Source of the DNA: a virus
Strand: one strand, 5' to 3'
DNA length: 64,000 nucleotides
Virus record (IMG/VR): IMGVR_UViG_3300045988_092438
The notes beneath the pieces are model-generated. The model had not been told where the DNA came from. It made no database searches and saw only the letters and a list, made by a program, of their open reading frames with translations. A program made the translations under genes and the position numbers. Below are positions 15,464 through 24,622 of the stretch, one piece after another. Every line of letters begins with the position of its first letter. Within the stretch, counting starts at the first letter, position 1.

Positions 15464-16144
15464 TTATTCCTCCTCTAATAAATCAGCTAACTTGACTTCC
15501 CGGAAGTAGTTGATAAAAGCAAATGTAAACTGGTCTCTTGCTGTAGCAAACAACCCTTTATAAAGACCTTCTTTTAATTCATCTAAATAGTATTCAGACA
15601 CTATCTTATCATGACAGAACCTCAAAGACTGCAACTTTCTCATATCAATCCTCTGAGTATGATACTTAACAGGTTGAAGCTCCTCACCTTCATTAAAAGG
15701 TTTCAATGGTTCATCATTCACACAAACTTTAAATACTGGAAGTCCTTCACTCACATACTGAAACTTTCCATCTGGCATTTTAATACCAATGTTAGTCATG
15801 TGTGCAGTGATATGTAACTCATGCAGATGACTGTCCATAACTACATACAGCTTATTGAGTCTGTCACCTTTCTTGTGATAGTAACACTCATTTACCATAT
15901 CAGTGTGTTCTACATTAAACTCTAAAGTGGCACTTATACAGCCCGACTCAAATTTTGAAGGTGGAATTGTGACTGGAACTCCATTCCGCATTACATCATT
16001 AAAACTATATTTTTCTATTATATTTAATTTATATAATATATTATATATTAAAGAGGTAATGGAGTCCTTCACCCTTCTCAGAAAAAGTCGGGTCTTTCTA
16101 AATGGAATAGGTTTTGTCATGGAGTAAAATTTAGCTTTGCTCAT
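15464..16144 (-). CDS. hypothetical protein
   Basis: GAGGAGG RBS before ATG 16144 (MSKAKFYS...). The 5' region contains an AT-rich repeat copy. Confidence 0.55.
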   Translation of the reverse strand: MSKAKFYSMTKPIPFRKTRLFLRRVKDSITSLIYNILYKLNIIEKYSFNDVMRNGVPVTIPPSKFESGCISATLEFNVEHTDMVNECYYHKKGDRLNKLYVVMDSHLHELHITAHMTNIGIKMPDGKFQYVSEGLPVFKVCVNDEPLKPFNEGEELQPVKYHTQRIDMRKLQSLRFCHDKIVSEYYLDELKEGLYKGLFATARDQFTFAFINYFREVKLADLLEEE

Positions 16145-16262
16145 TATATTCCTCCTCAATCACTTTAAAGAAGAACTCTTCCGGTTTAGGGTTTATCATG
16201 TTATCAATAACCTCTCTTACTGGAATACTTCCAACTTCTTTTTTAACTGGTTCTAACTTCAT
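16131..16262 (-). CDS. 43-aa hypothetical peptide, absent from the ORF track
   Basis: AAGGAG lies 7 nt before ATG 16262 (MKLEPVKKEVGSIPVREVIDNM...). It overlaps the next start by 14 nt. Confidence 0.4.
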   Translation of the reverse strand: MKLEPVKKEVGSIPVREVIDNMINPKPEEFFFKVIEEEYNEQS

Positions 16263-16284
16263 AGAAACACTCCTTTCTTTAAAT

Positions 16285-16327
16285 CAAAAAATCTATGCTA
16301 CATGATTATAACACATAGCATAGATTT
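16285..16327 (-). terminator. rho-independent terminator
   Basis: 12-bp stem AAATCTATGCTA/TAGCATAGATTT followed by TTTTTGATTT. Confidence 0.7.
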
Positions 16328-16338
16328 ATCAAATCGAC

Positions 16339-18417
16339 CTAAATATCAGCGTCCACTATATCTTCTTTTTTATCTTCATCACTCTTACCTAAGTCACCGA
16401 AAATTTTCTCTAAAATTCCTCCACGTTGTGGGTTCGTGACTTGAGTAGTCATTTCCTGTGTACCATCACTTCTGAGAATTTTGGTTTGTCTGAGAACTTC
16501 TGTACTTCCATTCTCATACATAGCTTTAAGCTGTCCTAAATATCTCATAGACTGGTCCATCATAGCAGACACATTCGGGTCTGGCAGTCCACCTTCAAGC
16601 ATTTCAAACATCATGGTTCTTTGTAATCTTCCCAGTGAGAAGTCCACAATACCCTGCATAGCTTGAATAATATCACCCATATCCCTTGTGTCAAACTTAT
16701 CAAAGATTTTGTTATAAGCACAAGCAAATCCGGCTTTATATTCTGGACATTTCTGAGCCGCATAACAGGTATCACAAGCCAGTTTAGGAAACTTCTTTGA
16801 GTACATCTTTTTTGGCTTCAACACTTGTCTCTGACCTTTAAGGAAGTGTCCATGTTCATCACGGATAGGTGTAATTCCCTCTTCTGCAAAGATTTCATCA
16901 TCTAAAGAATCAATCTCTGGTGCTTCACCATCAGTACTCTCTGGCAGGTATTTTGAAAGGACATTAAGGACTTCCATTTCAGAAACGTCCTCAGTGTCAT
17001 ATTCATCATCTGTGATATAAGTCTCACGCTCTTTCACTACCCTGTCAAAATTCGTGCCGAGAAGTAAGAGTTTATCATTCTCACCTAAAAGGTTCTCTTT
17101 GTAGAACTGAATAAGGTCAGTGACCCTTTCTTCATCACTCTGGACAATCCTGTTGATATAGAGGTCATGGATTTCTTTAATCACCTCTGGTGTATAAACC
17201 CGATTGATAAAGTCTGCATAATCTGGGTTATCCCAGTTCATAAAACAGGTCATATCAATAACACAGTTTAAAGCCTGTACTCTGTCCTCTTTAGAGACAT
17301 TAAAGAGTTCTGCATAGTGTTCCCATGTAGCGTCCTGCTCTTCTGGATTGTCTAACCACTCTGGTGTAGGGTATTCAATAGAGTCAAGGTCTGCTTCTGT
17401 TCTCTTCTCTCCCTTTGGTCTTAACCAGTACATTCTGGCTCTACACTGCTTCTGAATATATTCCTCTGCTTCAATAAAAGCATGAACATTTACCCTAATC
17501 ATTTCTGTGCTGTCTTCATCAAGTAACTTCTGTTCATCAAAGCCCAGAGAAACAAGTTTCGGGAGCATATTACCCTTCCACTTGTCTTTCTTTAAACGTG
17601 TCATCTTCTTACCAGTCCAGTAGTTGACTTCACCATACTGCAATCCTACCATCCACGTTGTAGAGTCTACTGTGTAAAATGGGAGGGAAGTTAAAAGAGA
17701 AGTCTTTGTCATAGCCATTCCATGTACAACAGTATTATATTTCTCTGTAATTCTAAGTCGGTCTCTGCAAATTCTCTCTCCGTCATCAGAGTCAAACTCC
17801 CAAGGCATACCAATATAGGGATAACGCTGTGCATATTGTTCCCAAGTTCTTGCTGTCTGCCCTTCATGGTAAATGAAACACACTGGAATACCTGTCTCAA
17901 GCATAAAAGGCTCAAAGTACTTTTCATTCCACTGCTGAACAATCTCTGGGTCAACATGACCTTCAATATCAAGATTGGCAATAGCAAAGATAATGTCCTT
18001 GTGCTTTTTAGCCCATTTTAAATATCTATCAATCTGTTTCTCCCAGTCTTCAATAGTGAACTCGGCATACTTAGAGTCATTCCGGTAAGTGTAAGCACCA
18101 GAGTCAACAAAGAATTTGATACCAAGACCACTAAACTTATCAACATTCATGTGTTTATTCTGCACATACTGATAGGACACCAGAAAGTTTCTGATACCCA
18201 TATCATACAGAATGTCGAAGTTTCTTTCATCTTCAACACCAGAGTATAACATATGAAAGTCCTGTTCATGGTCTACAATATCCCACAATGTCTTTGGCTT
18301 CTCTTGTACTGCTTCACCAGAATGGTCTTCTTTATTCGTAATTTGATTAAATTTGGACTTTCCAGAAGACTCTGGGGTATTTGTAGGCATTGCCTTTTTG
18401 AGCTTTAATTTAGGCAT
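16339..18417 (-). CDS. dpdA: DpdA-like (TGT-fold) 7-deazaguanine DNA transglycosylase with a ~350-aa C-terminal extension
   Basis: FFVDSGAYTYR, VVHGMAMTK and YTVDSTTWM motifs in the N-terminal half. Sits next to folE/queC/queE/queD. The C-terminal part carries CDTCYAAQKCPEYKAGFAC. Confidence 0.6.
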   Translation of the reverse strand: MPKLKLKKAMPTNTPESSGKSKFNQITNKEDHSGEAVQEKPKTLWDIVDHEQDFHMLYSGVEDERNFDILYDMGIRNFLVSYQYVQNKHMNVDKFSGLGIKFFVDSGAYTYRNDSKYAEFTIEDWEKQIDRYLKWAKKHKDIIFAIANLDIEGHVDPEIVQQWNEKYFEPFMLETGIPVCFIYHEGQTARTWEQYAQRYPYIGMPWEFDSDDGERICRDRLRITEKYNTVVHGMAMTKTSLLTSLPFYTVDSTTWMVGLQYGEVNYWTGKKMTRLKKDKWKGNMLPKLVSLGFDEQKLLDEDSTEMIRVNVHAFIEAEEYIQKQCRARMYWLRPKGEKRTEADLDSIEYPTPEWLDNPEEQDATWEHYAELFNVSKEDRVQALNCVIDMTCFMNWDNPDYADFINRVYTPEVIKEIHDLYINRIVQSDEERVTDLIQFYKENLLGENDKLLLLGTNFDRVVKERETYITDDEYDTEDVSEMEVLNVLSKYLPESTDGEAPEIDSLDDEIFAEEGITPIRDEHGHFLKGQRQVLKPKKMYSKKFPKLACDTCYAAQKCPEYKAGFACAYNKIFDKFDTRDMGDIIQAMQGIVDFSLGRLQRTMMFEMLEGGLPDPNVSAMMDQSMRYLGQLKAMYENGSTEVLRQTKILRSDGTQEMTTQVTNPQRGGILEKIFGDLGKSDEDKKEDIVDADI

Positions 18418-18422
18418 ATCTC

Positions 18423-18992
18423 TTACCCCTTTCTTCTCTCTTTAAATTCCTCATAACTGTCTTCAAATCCCGGATGTGTTCTTTTAAAGTATGTGATAGT
18501 ACTGCAATCACTCTCAGCACCACGACACTTCACACACTGGTGTGTTGCTTCTACCTCTACAAAGAGTGCATGAGGTTCAAGCATATTAAACAGGAACTCT
18601 CCAATCTCTGTAGTCAGCTTCTCCTGTAACTGTGGTCTCTTACTAAAGTACTTCACCACTCTTGGAAGTTTTGACAGTCCAATGATTGTGTCACTCGGAA
18701 CATAACCAATAGTGACTTTGCCGGAGAAAGGTAAGAAGTGGTGTTCACAAGTAGAGTTAAATTCAATATCCCTTACAATCACCATTTCACTCTCATACTC
18801 ATTCGGAAAGGTAGTCATGGTCTCCTTTAACTCCTTCATGTGAGCGTCATTCACATTTGCAAATAACTCATTCACCCACATCTTAGCCACTCTGAGGGGA
18901 GTGTTCTTATTGCTCTCTGTCTTTGGGATTTCAAGAATTCTCATAATCTCTTCAAGATGTTCCTTAATTGCTTCTACTTTGTTATTTATCAT
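18423..18992 (-). CDS. folE: GTP cyclohydrolase I
   Basis: CEHHFLPF, GLSKLPR and HQC..RG motifs. Confidence 0.85.
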   Translation of the reverse strand: MINNKVEAIKEHLEEIMRILEIPKTESNKNTPLRVAKMWVNELFANVNDAHMKELKETMTTFPNEYESEMVIVRDIEFNSTCEHHFLPFSGKVTIGYVPSDTIIGLSKLPRVVKYFSKRPQLQEKLTTEIGEFLFNMLEPHALFVEVEATHQCVKCRGAESDCSTITYFKRTHPGFEDSYEEFKERRKG

Positions 18993-19032
18993 AGTATATA
19001 CCTCCTTTATCTTGTAATCTTCATTATAACAT

Positions 19033-19069
19033 AAAAAAGCACTGGGTCAACCTATTGTCAACCCAATGC
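19033..19069 (-). terminator. rho-independent terminator
   Basis: 9-bp stem (with a G-U pair on the minus strand only) followed by TTTTTT. Confidence 0.6.
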
Positions 19070-19095
19070 TCTCTTACTTTTTGGCTGTGTGACGA

Positions 19096-19242
19096 TTATC
19101 GACCACGAACACGGTTTACTACGTTGGAAATACCATTACGGATAGCTCTTCCTGCTCTCTGAATAGCATTACCACCTCTACCGCTACGAGTAGAATTACC
19201 ACCACTACGTCCATTGCTAGGACCTGCGTATGCTTTCATCAT
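19096..19242 (-). CDS. 48-aa Gly/Arg/Asn-rich peptide, absent from the ORF track
   Basis: MMKAYAGPSNGRSGGNSTRSGRGGNAIQRAGRAIRNGISNVVNRVRGR. GGAGGA lies 7 nt upstream. Confidence 0.45.
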   Translation of the reverse strand: MMKAYAGPSNGRSGGNSTRSGRGGNAIQRAGRAIRNGISNVVNRVRGR

Positions 19243-19365
19243 AGTTTCGTCCTCCTTTTTGTATATTTGATTAAGGGTGTTCTTATAACAGGGGAATATA
19301 CATAAACACCTGTTAAAGTACGTTTTCTTAATCTTCTCTTACTATACCAGAGGAGCTTATCAAAG

Positions 19366-19983
19366 TCAATATGTTTCGCCATAAATTTCTTCAAGTGCAA
19401 GACAATCTGGACACTTCCCACAAGGGAAAATTTTCAGTGTTGGCTCGTTACATGAAAAGAAATCTGCCGGAGTAATATTGTGCTGTCTGGCTATGTCTTT
19501 AAAATCCCATTTATCCATATCTATGAATGGTGTTTCAATCTTTATATCAGAGTCTTTCAACACCTGCTCAAGATTATTAAAGAACTCACCAGTACAGTCA
19601 ATATATTCATGCCCCGGAATTGATTTAATTACAGCTACATAGATTTTCTTACTACCAATTCCTTGTGCTAAAGAAGAAGCATAAGCCATGAAGATAAGAT
19701 TGCGGTACTCTAAATACTGAGCGTCACCATCTAGGTCTGAGTGTTTTCTACCATAGAGAGTACTTGCTGTCCATCTAATAGGGTCAAGTCTCACATTATG
19801 ATAAATCATGTTCAGTTTCTTACACACCTTCTTAGCACAATGAGTTTCCATGAGTCGATTTCTGTTTCCATATTCAAAATGAAGGGAGTGAATTTCTGCG
19901 TCTGGGTGTTGGTCTCTTACATAGTGGCACAAACACACACTATCAAAACCACCACTGTTAAGTACAACAATCTTTTCTTTCAT
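19366..19983 (-). CDS. queC: 7-cyano-7-deazaguanine (preQ0) synthase
   Basis: VVLNSGGFDS PP-loop motif and C-terminal Cys cluster CGKCPDC. Confidence 0.85.
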   Translation of the reverse strand: MKEKIVVLNSGGFDSVCLCHYVRDQHPDAEIHSLHFEYGNRNRLMETHCAKKVCKKLNMIYHNVRLDPIRWTASTLYGRKHSDLDGDAQYLEYRNLIFMAYASSLAQGIGSKKIYVAVIKSIPGHEYIDCTGEFFNNLEQVLKDSDIKIETPFIDMDKWDFKDIARQHNITPADFFSCNEPTLKIFPCGKCPDCLALEEIYGETY

Positions 19984-19986
19984 AAA

Positions 19987-20313
19987 CTACCTCCGAAACA
20001 CATCTGGAATATCAGCCGGAAGAGAACTTCTTGAAGGTTTAGCTTTATTCACCGGATTGTGATAAAGAGGTTGACCCACGTTTCTCTGCTGTTTCTTCTC
20101 TTCTGGCTGTGATGTTCTAACAGGTTTTCTTCCTGCTACTTTATTCAGTCCATTGAGTCTTGCTGTCTCTTCATCTAAAATCTCTTTAGCTCCAATTTTA
20201 GCTCCATCATATCTTTCTTTGTCTGCCTTGATTTCTTCGGCTCTTGCTAAAGTGCGAGCGTCATCACGTCTCTGCCACTTTAACTCTTCTGGGTCTACTG
20301 GTCTTCTAATCAT
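19987..20313 (-). CDS. hypothetical charged protein
   Basis: 108 aa, GGAGGTAGGAAG RBS. Confidence 0.5.
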   Translation of the reverse strand: MIRRPVDPEELKWQRRDDARTLARAEEIKADKERYDGAKIGAKEILDEETARLNGLNKVAGRKPVRTSQPEEKKQQRNVGQPLYHNPVNKAKPSRSSLPADIPDVFRR

Positions 20314-20582
20314 CTTCCTACCTCCTCATAAGTCTTTTCAAAAATGTCTGGTTTGCATGGATAATATTCTCCGTTGACACCCTTGATGATATAATCTCCC
20401 ACACTTGCGTTCATAACACCTTCAAGTGTCTCAATCTTGAGTACAGGATTTTCTGGGTCTTCATAATTAACCCTTAAATCTTGAGTAGTGATAAACTCCG
20501 AAAGCTCACAAAGTCTTTCTGGGTTATCCAGAAATTGCACTGCTTCAATCACTACTGGTTTCTTTCTATATTGCTTTGCCAT
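20310..20582 (-). CDS. hypothetical phage protein
   Basis: 90 aa, GGAGG RBS. Confidence 0.55.
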   Translation of the reverse strand: MAKQYRKKPVVIEAVQFLDNPERLCELSEFITTQDLRVNYEDPENPVLKIETLEGVMNASVGDYIIKGVNGEYYPCKPDIFEKTYEEVGR

Positions 20583-20583
20583 A

Positions 20584-21225
20584 TTACTTTACCTCCAAAA
20601 TCTTATGAAGCTGTATCTGCACACGAACATCTAAATGGTCTTCCAGAATCCAATCAACTAATTCATGTCCAATGTATGCTTTTCCATCTGGGTTAAACAT
20701 AGGACTGACAAGAATTTTTGCGGAAGTAGGATATTTCTTCATTACTCCCTTCATAAACTCATAGTCTTCTCTGTCCTTGATGACATACTTAACCTCGTCA
20801 GTGTTTTGGAGTTTTAAAAGATTCTCATAAATGTTCTTGTGTTTCACTCCACTGGAAGGACCTTTAATGTCCATCACATATTTGTAACTTCGTCTGTAGC
20901 TTGGTTCTTCAAGTGGTACACACCCACTTGTCTCAATGGAGACTTTAAATCCCAGTGATTGTAATTCATATACCAGTGGTAATGCTTCATCATAGATTAA
21001 AGGTTCTCCACCAGTCAAGCAGATGTTCTTACACCACTTGTAGTCTTTGAGTACTGTCTGGACTATGTTACCCACAGAAATTCTCTTTCTGTCCTCTTTC
21101 TTCTGAGGTTGGTCGCAATAAGAACAACCAACAGGACACCCAAACAGACGGATAAAGACACAAGGAAGACCTGTATCACTTGACTCTCCCTGTATGCTAC
21201 AGAAAATTTCATCATAGTATAACAT
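20584..21225 (-). CDS. queE: 7-carboxy-7-deazaguanine synthase (radical SAM)
   Basis: SIQGES..G.PCVFIRLFGCPVGCSYCD motif. Confidence 0.85.
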   Translation of the reverse strand: MLYYDEIFCSIQGESSDTGLPCVFIRLFGCPVGCSYCDQPQKKEDRKRISVGNIVQTVLKDYKWCKNICLTGGEPLIYDEALPLVYELQSLGFKVSIETSGCVPLEEPSYRRSYKYVMDIKGPSSGVKHKNIYENLLKLQNTDEVKYVIKDREDYEFMKGVMKKYPTSAKILVSPMFNPDGKAYIGHELVDWILEDHLDVRVQIQLHKILEVK

Positions 21226-21237
21226 AGTCTTACCTCC

Positions 21238-21618
21238 TTATGACTCTAAAATAGAGTACTCTGCATAACTATCTGCTGTCTCCCACAGCTTCACACTTAC
21301 AAGGTGAACACCCTCTGGCAATCTGGAAATAATGTCGGAAGAAATAACCGAAACCATATTCTCTGCTGTCGGGTTAGGGAAATAGTCATTGAGATTGCAG
21401 TGGTCGTATTTATCCACAGCTACCTCTTTAACAATACGTTTCAAATCTTTAAAGTCAATAATCATTCCGCACTTTGGATTGTTCGTGTCTTTAATGATGT
21501 TGCCACCAACTGTCACACTGAGTTTGTAGGAGTGTCCATGAAGATTGTGACAAGCTCCTACATAGTGTGGCAGGTGGTGACACGCTTCAAAGCTAAAGTT
21601 CTTTGTTACTGTAATCAT
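21238..21618 (-). CDS. queD: 6-carboxytetrahydropterin synthase
   Basis: FSFEACHHLP..HNLHGHSY motif. GGAGG RBS before ATG 21618. The track's 48-aa N-terminal extension overlaps the upstream gene and was rejected. Confidence 0.85.
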   Translation of the reverse strand: MITVTKNFSFEACHHLPHYVGACHNLHGHSYKLSVTVGGNIIKDTNNPKCGMIIDFKDLKRIVKEVAVDKYDHCNLNDYFPNPTAENMVSVISSDIISRLPEGVHLVSVKLWETADSYAEYSILES

Positions 21619-21631
21619 CACCTGCACCTCC

Positions 21632-22159
21632 TTACATTGTTGATAACTCTGCAAAACACCAGTCATCTGCAAGCATATCTGCTTGAGAAGCAAGCCAACC
21701 CATCTGTACACCAGAAGTGCCAACAAATGCGATTGCTTGATTTCCGATTGCTTTATGCTCACAGTTTGCTACATGACCAGAAGGTGTTTTGTAGCTGATG
21801 TTACTTGCAAGTTCAATGTACTGGTCTTTACCATTCCAACCTTTACGCTTTACTCTAAAGCCACGTTTCATATACTTGATTGCTTCACCAAATGAGAATG
21901 TGGCAATACCACCAAGTAAAGGTGTATTGTGTTCATCAGCAATAACCCATTCATCACTGAGAACATTGGAAAGTGTGTACTCAACTCTTTGAGTCTCACG
22001 AATGTCCAGTGGAGATTTCTGTCCATTGTCAACATCATCTTGTCTACAGTACATCATAATGGTCTGTTTGTTGTTATCCCAACACCAGTAACCACCCCAT
22101 GATGGAAGTTTGACTTTGTGACCCTGTTTCATAGCTTCTAATGCTTCTTTAAAATACAT
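21632..22159 (-). CDS. tandem DUF2829 (Tad2-like) protein
   Basis: Two repeats: FKEALEAMKQGHKVKLPSWGG and FGEAIKYMKRGFRVKRKGWNGKDQYI. Confidence 0.65.
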   Translation of the reverse strand: MYFKEALEAMKQGHKVKLPSWGGYWCWDNNKQTIMMYCRQDDVDNGQKSPLDIRETQRVEYTLSNVLSDEWVIADEHNTPLLGGIATFSFGEAIKYMKRGFRVKRKGWNGKDQYIELASNISYKTPSGHVANCEHKAIGNQAIAFVGTSGVQMGWLASQADMLADDWCFAELSTM

Positions 22160-22175
22160 AATAAATTCTCCTTTC

Positions 22176-22454
22176 TTATTCTACAATCAGTCTTGCGATT
22201 AACACAGTCTTATCACCGTCAATGTCTGCAACATCATAACCCGGTCTGAAAGATAAGACTTTACCTTTTTGAGCAAAGATACTACTGGCAGTAGCCATAG
22301 CTTTAAACATCTGGTTTACACTAGAAGCTCCAATAGCTCTTAACTCAATATCAGTATATCCTGCTTCATAAGTCTTAACAATACTTCCGGCAGTCTCTTT
22401 TGTAGGAGAAGAGCCGGACACTCTAAGTACTTTTGTTTTATTAGGTACACCCAT
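22176..22454 (-). CDS. SpoVS-like protein
   Basis: Collinear with B. subtilis SpoVS (LRVSG.S....AG.I......G....L.AIGA..VNQ..KA.A.A...........DG.....I.L.VE). Confidence 0.7.
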   Translation of the reverse strand: MGVPNKTKVLRVSGSSPTKETAGSIVKTYEAGYTDIELRAIGASSVNQMFKAMATASSIFAQKGKVLSFRPGYDVADIDGDKTVLIARLIVE

Positions 22455-22480
22455 TGTTGCTACCTTCCTTTCTTCAATAA

Positions 22481-24622
22481 TTACATTGATTTTCTTTCTG
22501 CAATTTCAGCCATTTTAGCTGAGTTCAATCTTGTGTCACCTTTCACTCTTGAGTAACTGAGATAACCATTCATGCGGTCAATCTTTGTGAGATTCTTACT
22601 ACCACATACAGGGCAAACATCCATTTCAAGCTCTTGGTGTCCACAGTCATCACAATATGCTAAAGACAAGTTCACACCTTCATAGAATCCCATTTTCATA
22701 GCTCTTCTTACAAGTGTTCTGATTGCTTCAACATTGTAACCCAGTGGGTATCTGACATACTGGATTTTTCCACCATTCGCTAAATCCCAGAATCTCTTTT
22801 CAAGGTCTTGTTTCTGAATAGGAGTAATGTCCTCTGTAACATGACAGTGGAAAGAGTTTGACACATAAGGTCTGTCACTTACCTTCTCAATCACTCCGAA
22901 CTCTTTTCGGAACTGTTCAATCTGTAAGCCACACAGACTCTCAGCAGGTGTTCCATAGATAGCATACAAGATACCATCTTCTGACTTGTACTGCTGAATT
23001 TTGGTGTTGATATGTTTCATAACCTCTAAAGCAAATTCTCCGTCTTCGACAAGAGACTTTTTATTGTAAAGCTCTTGAAGTTCATTCAAGGCTGTGAAAC
23101 CAAATGAAGCCGTCATAGGCTTTAACAGTGGTTTGATTTTGTCGGAAGGTTTTAAATGACCTCCATAGAAGCCACCTTCACAGTAAGCTACTGGATTAAC
23201 ACTTGCTCTCATTTCTCCCAGATAATCAAAGGTTCTCTTATGAATACCTCTAATCATTTCAAGGTAATAGTCAAGTACTTCATAGAAGTCCTTGCTTTCT
23301 CTTCGGGCTTTTGCAAGTATCATAGGCAGGTGAAGTGAAACAGCTCCAATGTTAAATCTTCCAACAAACACTGGCTTGTCATCTTCATCAGCAGGTGTCA
23401 TTCCTCCACGCTCATACCACGGAGATAAGAAAGCTCTGCACCCCATAGGACTGACAACTCTCTTATACTTCTTATACATTTCAGCTACATATCCCTCACC
23501 AGTCAGTGATAACCAGTCTGGGTACATAGTCTTTGAAGAACAGTCAATACCTGCTTCAAACACATCTTCATTGATACACCCTTCACCATGAAGTTCTTCA
23601 TCATACAGAAATACAATTTTTGGGAAGAGTACAGGTTTCTTAAATCCCGGCTTACCTTGACCCTCTTTGTGTACTCTGAGGAAAGTGATAGAAGCAAGTT
23701 TTTCAAAACGTGCTGTGCCAAGTCCTAAAGTCATAGTGATGAATGGATAGTCACCTCTGGAACTTCCAACAGTGTTGAGCTTCATTTCAATACCTTGGAA
23801 TCCCTGTTCATAGTCTCTTTCTACTTTTCTGAAAGCCCAGTCAGTACACTCTTTAGTCACTGTCTGCTGACCTCTAATCTCAAGATACTCCTCAATGTAC
23901 TTCTTGTAACTCTTTTCTGCATATGGAGCTAAAACCTTATCCACCTCTGGCACAGTGAAACCTCCATACTGTTGTGAAGCACAAGACAGAATAATGTCTC
24001 CCAGAACATCAAAAGCAGTGTCAAGAGTTTTCGGTTCATTGTACCACTGATTACCCATTTCAAAACCACCAGTCATAACACTGGCAATATCAAACAGGCA
24101 ACAATTCATGGTGTCCAGTCTGGCTGACTGGTCGTGAATATAAATGTAACCTTCTTTACACGCTTGGAGTTCATCTTTTGTCATAAAGAACCTGCGGTAA
24201 AGTCTTTTGTTTAACTCGTTAAATATCAGACACCTCTTAGTGGCAACAAGTGTACTGTCTGTATTACTGTTCTCCTTATCACCGATATGTCTGATACTCT
24301 GAGACTTCACATACACTTGGTCCATCATGTGTACAAAGTCATGTTTGTAATTCCTGTAGTCTCTGTAACTCTTTGCAATCATAGGGTCAATCTTATCCAA
24401 TGCAAGCTCCACATAGTTGTGCATTTTTGGAACAGGAATTTCTTTCACACCTGCTCTCTCAATGGCTTCTTCAACTTCTCTGACAATATCCCATTTTTTC
24501 TCTTCACTGAGATTCACCATAACTCTGTTTGAAGATTTAGTAACAGCGTTGACAATCTTCTCCGGGTTAAAAGGTTCAAGAGTTCCATCTTTCTTAATGA
24601 TTGTGTAATCACTCAAATTCAT
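22481..24622 (-). CDS. nrdD: anaerobic ribonucleoside-triphosphate reductase (class III) with N-terminal ATP-cone
   Basis: C-terminal Zn ribbon CDDCG..CPVCG followed by the glycyl-radical-type RMNGYLSY motif; 713 aa. Confidence 0.85.
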   Translation of the reverse strand: MNLSDYTIIKKDGTLEPFNPEKIVNAVTKSSNRVMVNLSEEKKWDIVREVEEAIERAGVKEIPVPKMHNYVELALDKIDPMIAKSYRDYRNYKHDFVHMMDQVYVKSQSIRHIGDKENSNTDSTLVATKRCLIFNELNKRLYRRFFMTKDELQACKEGYIYIHDQSARLDTMNCCLFDIASVMTGGFEMGNQWYNEPKTLDTAFDVLGDIILSCASQQYGGFTVPEVDKVLAPYAEKSYKKYIEEYLEIRGQQTVTKECTDWAFRKVERDYEQGFQGIEMKLNTVGSSRGDYPFITMTLGLGTARFEKLASITFLRVHKEGQGKPGFKKPVLFPKIVFLYDEELHGEGCINEDVFEAGIDCSSKTMYPDWLSLTGEGYVAEMYKKYKRVVSPMGCRAFLSPWYERGGMTPADEDDKPVFVGRFNIGAVSLHLPMILAKARRESKDFYEVLDYYLEMIRGIHKRTFDYLGEMRASVNPVAYCEGGFYGGHLKPSDKIKPLLKPMTASFGFTALNELQELYNKKSLVEDGEFALEVMKHINTKIQQYKSEDGILYAIYGTPAESLCGLQIEQFRKEFGVIEKVSDRPYVSNSFHCHVTEDITPIQKQDLEKRFWDLANGGKIQYVRYPLGYNVEAIRTLVRRAMKMGFYEGVNLSLAYCDDCGHQELEMDVCPVCGSKNLTKIDRMNGYLSYSRVKGDTRLNSAKMAEIAERKSM

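Noticed and set aside
19239-19421. The 60-aa minus-strand track ORF overlapping the queC 3' end (also 10206..10412, 202..387, 17709..17987, 23503..23721, 27110..27298, 33354..33569, 40850..41044, 55425..55721 and 60314..60517).
   Set aside because: These are alternative frames inside, or overlapping, well-supported genes. They have no RBS and low-complexity products.
21619-21762. The N-terminal extensions proposed by the track for queD. Similar cases are 33310..34512, 44143..45033, 2628..4325, 194..1294, 1911..2600, 47485..48057, 38979..39863, 10363..10650 and 11508..12182.
   Set aside because: The extensions overlap upstream genes or lack an RBS. In each case an internal ATG or GTG sits 6-10 nt after a GGAGG-type site.
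22481-24622. Inteins or introns in NrdD, PolA, DnaB or ThyX.
   Set aside because: The ORFs are continuous with motifs in the expected order. No HNH/LAGLIDADG block interrupts them. ThyX is long, but I saw no splicing-type motifs.
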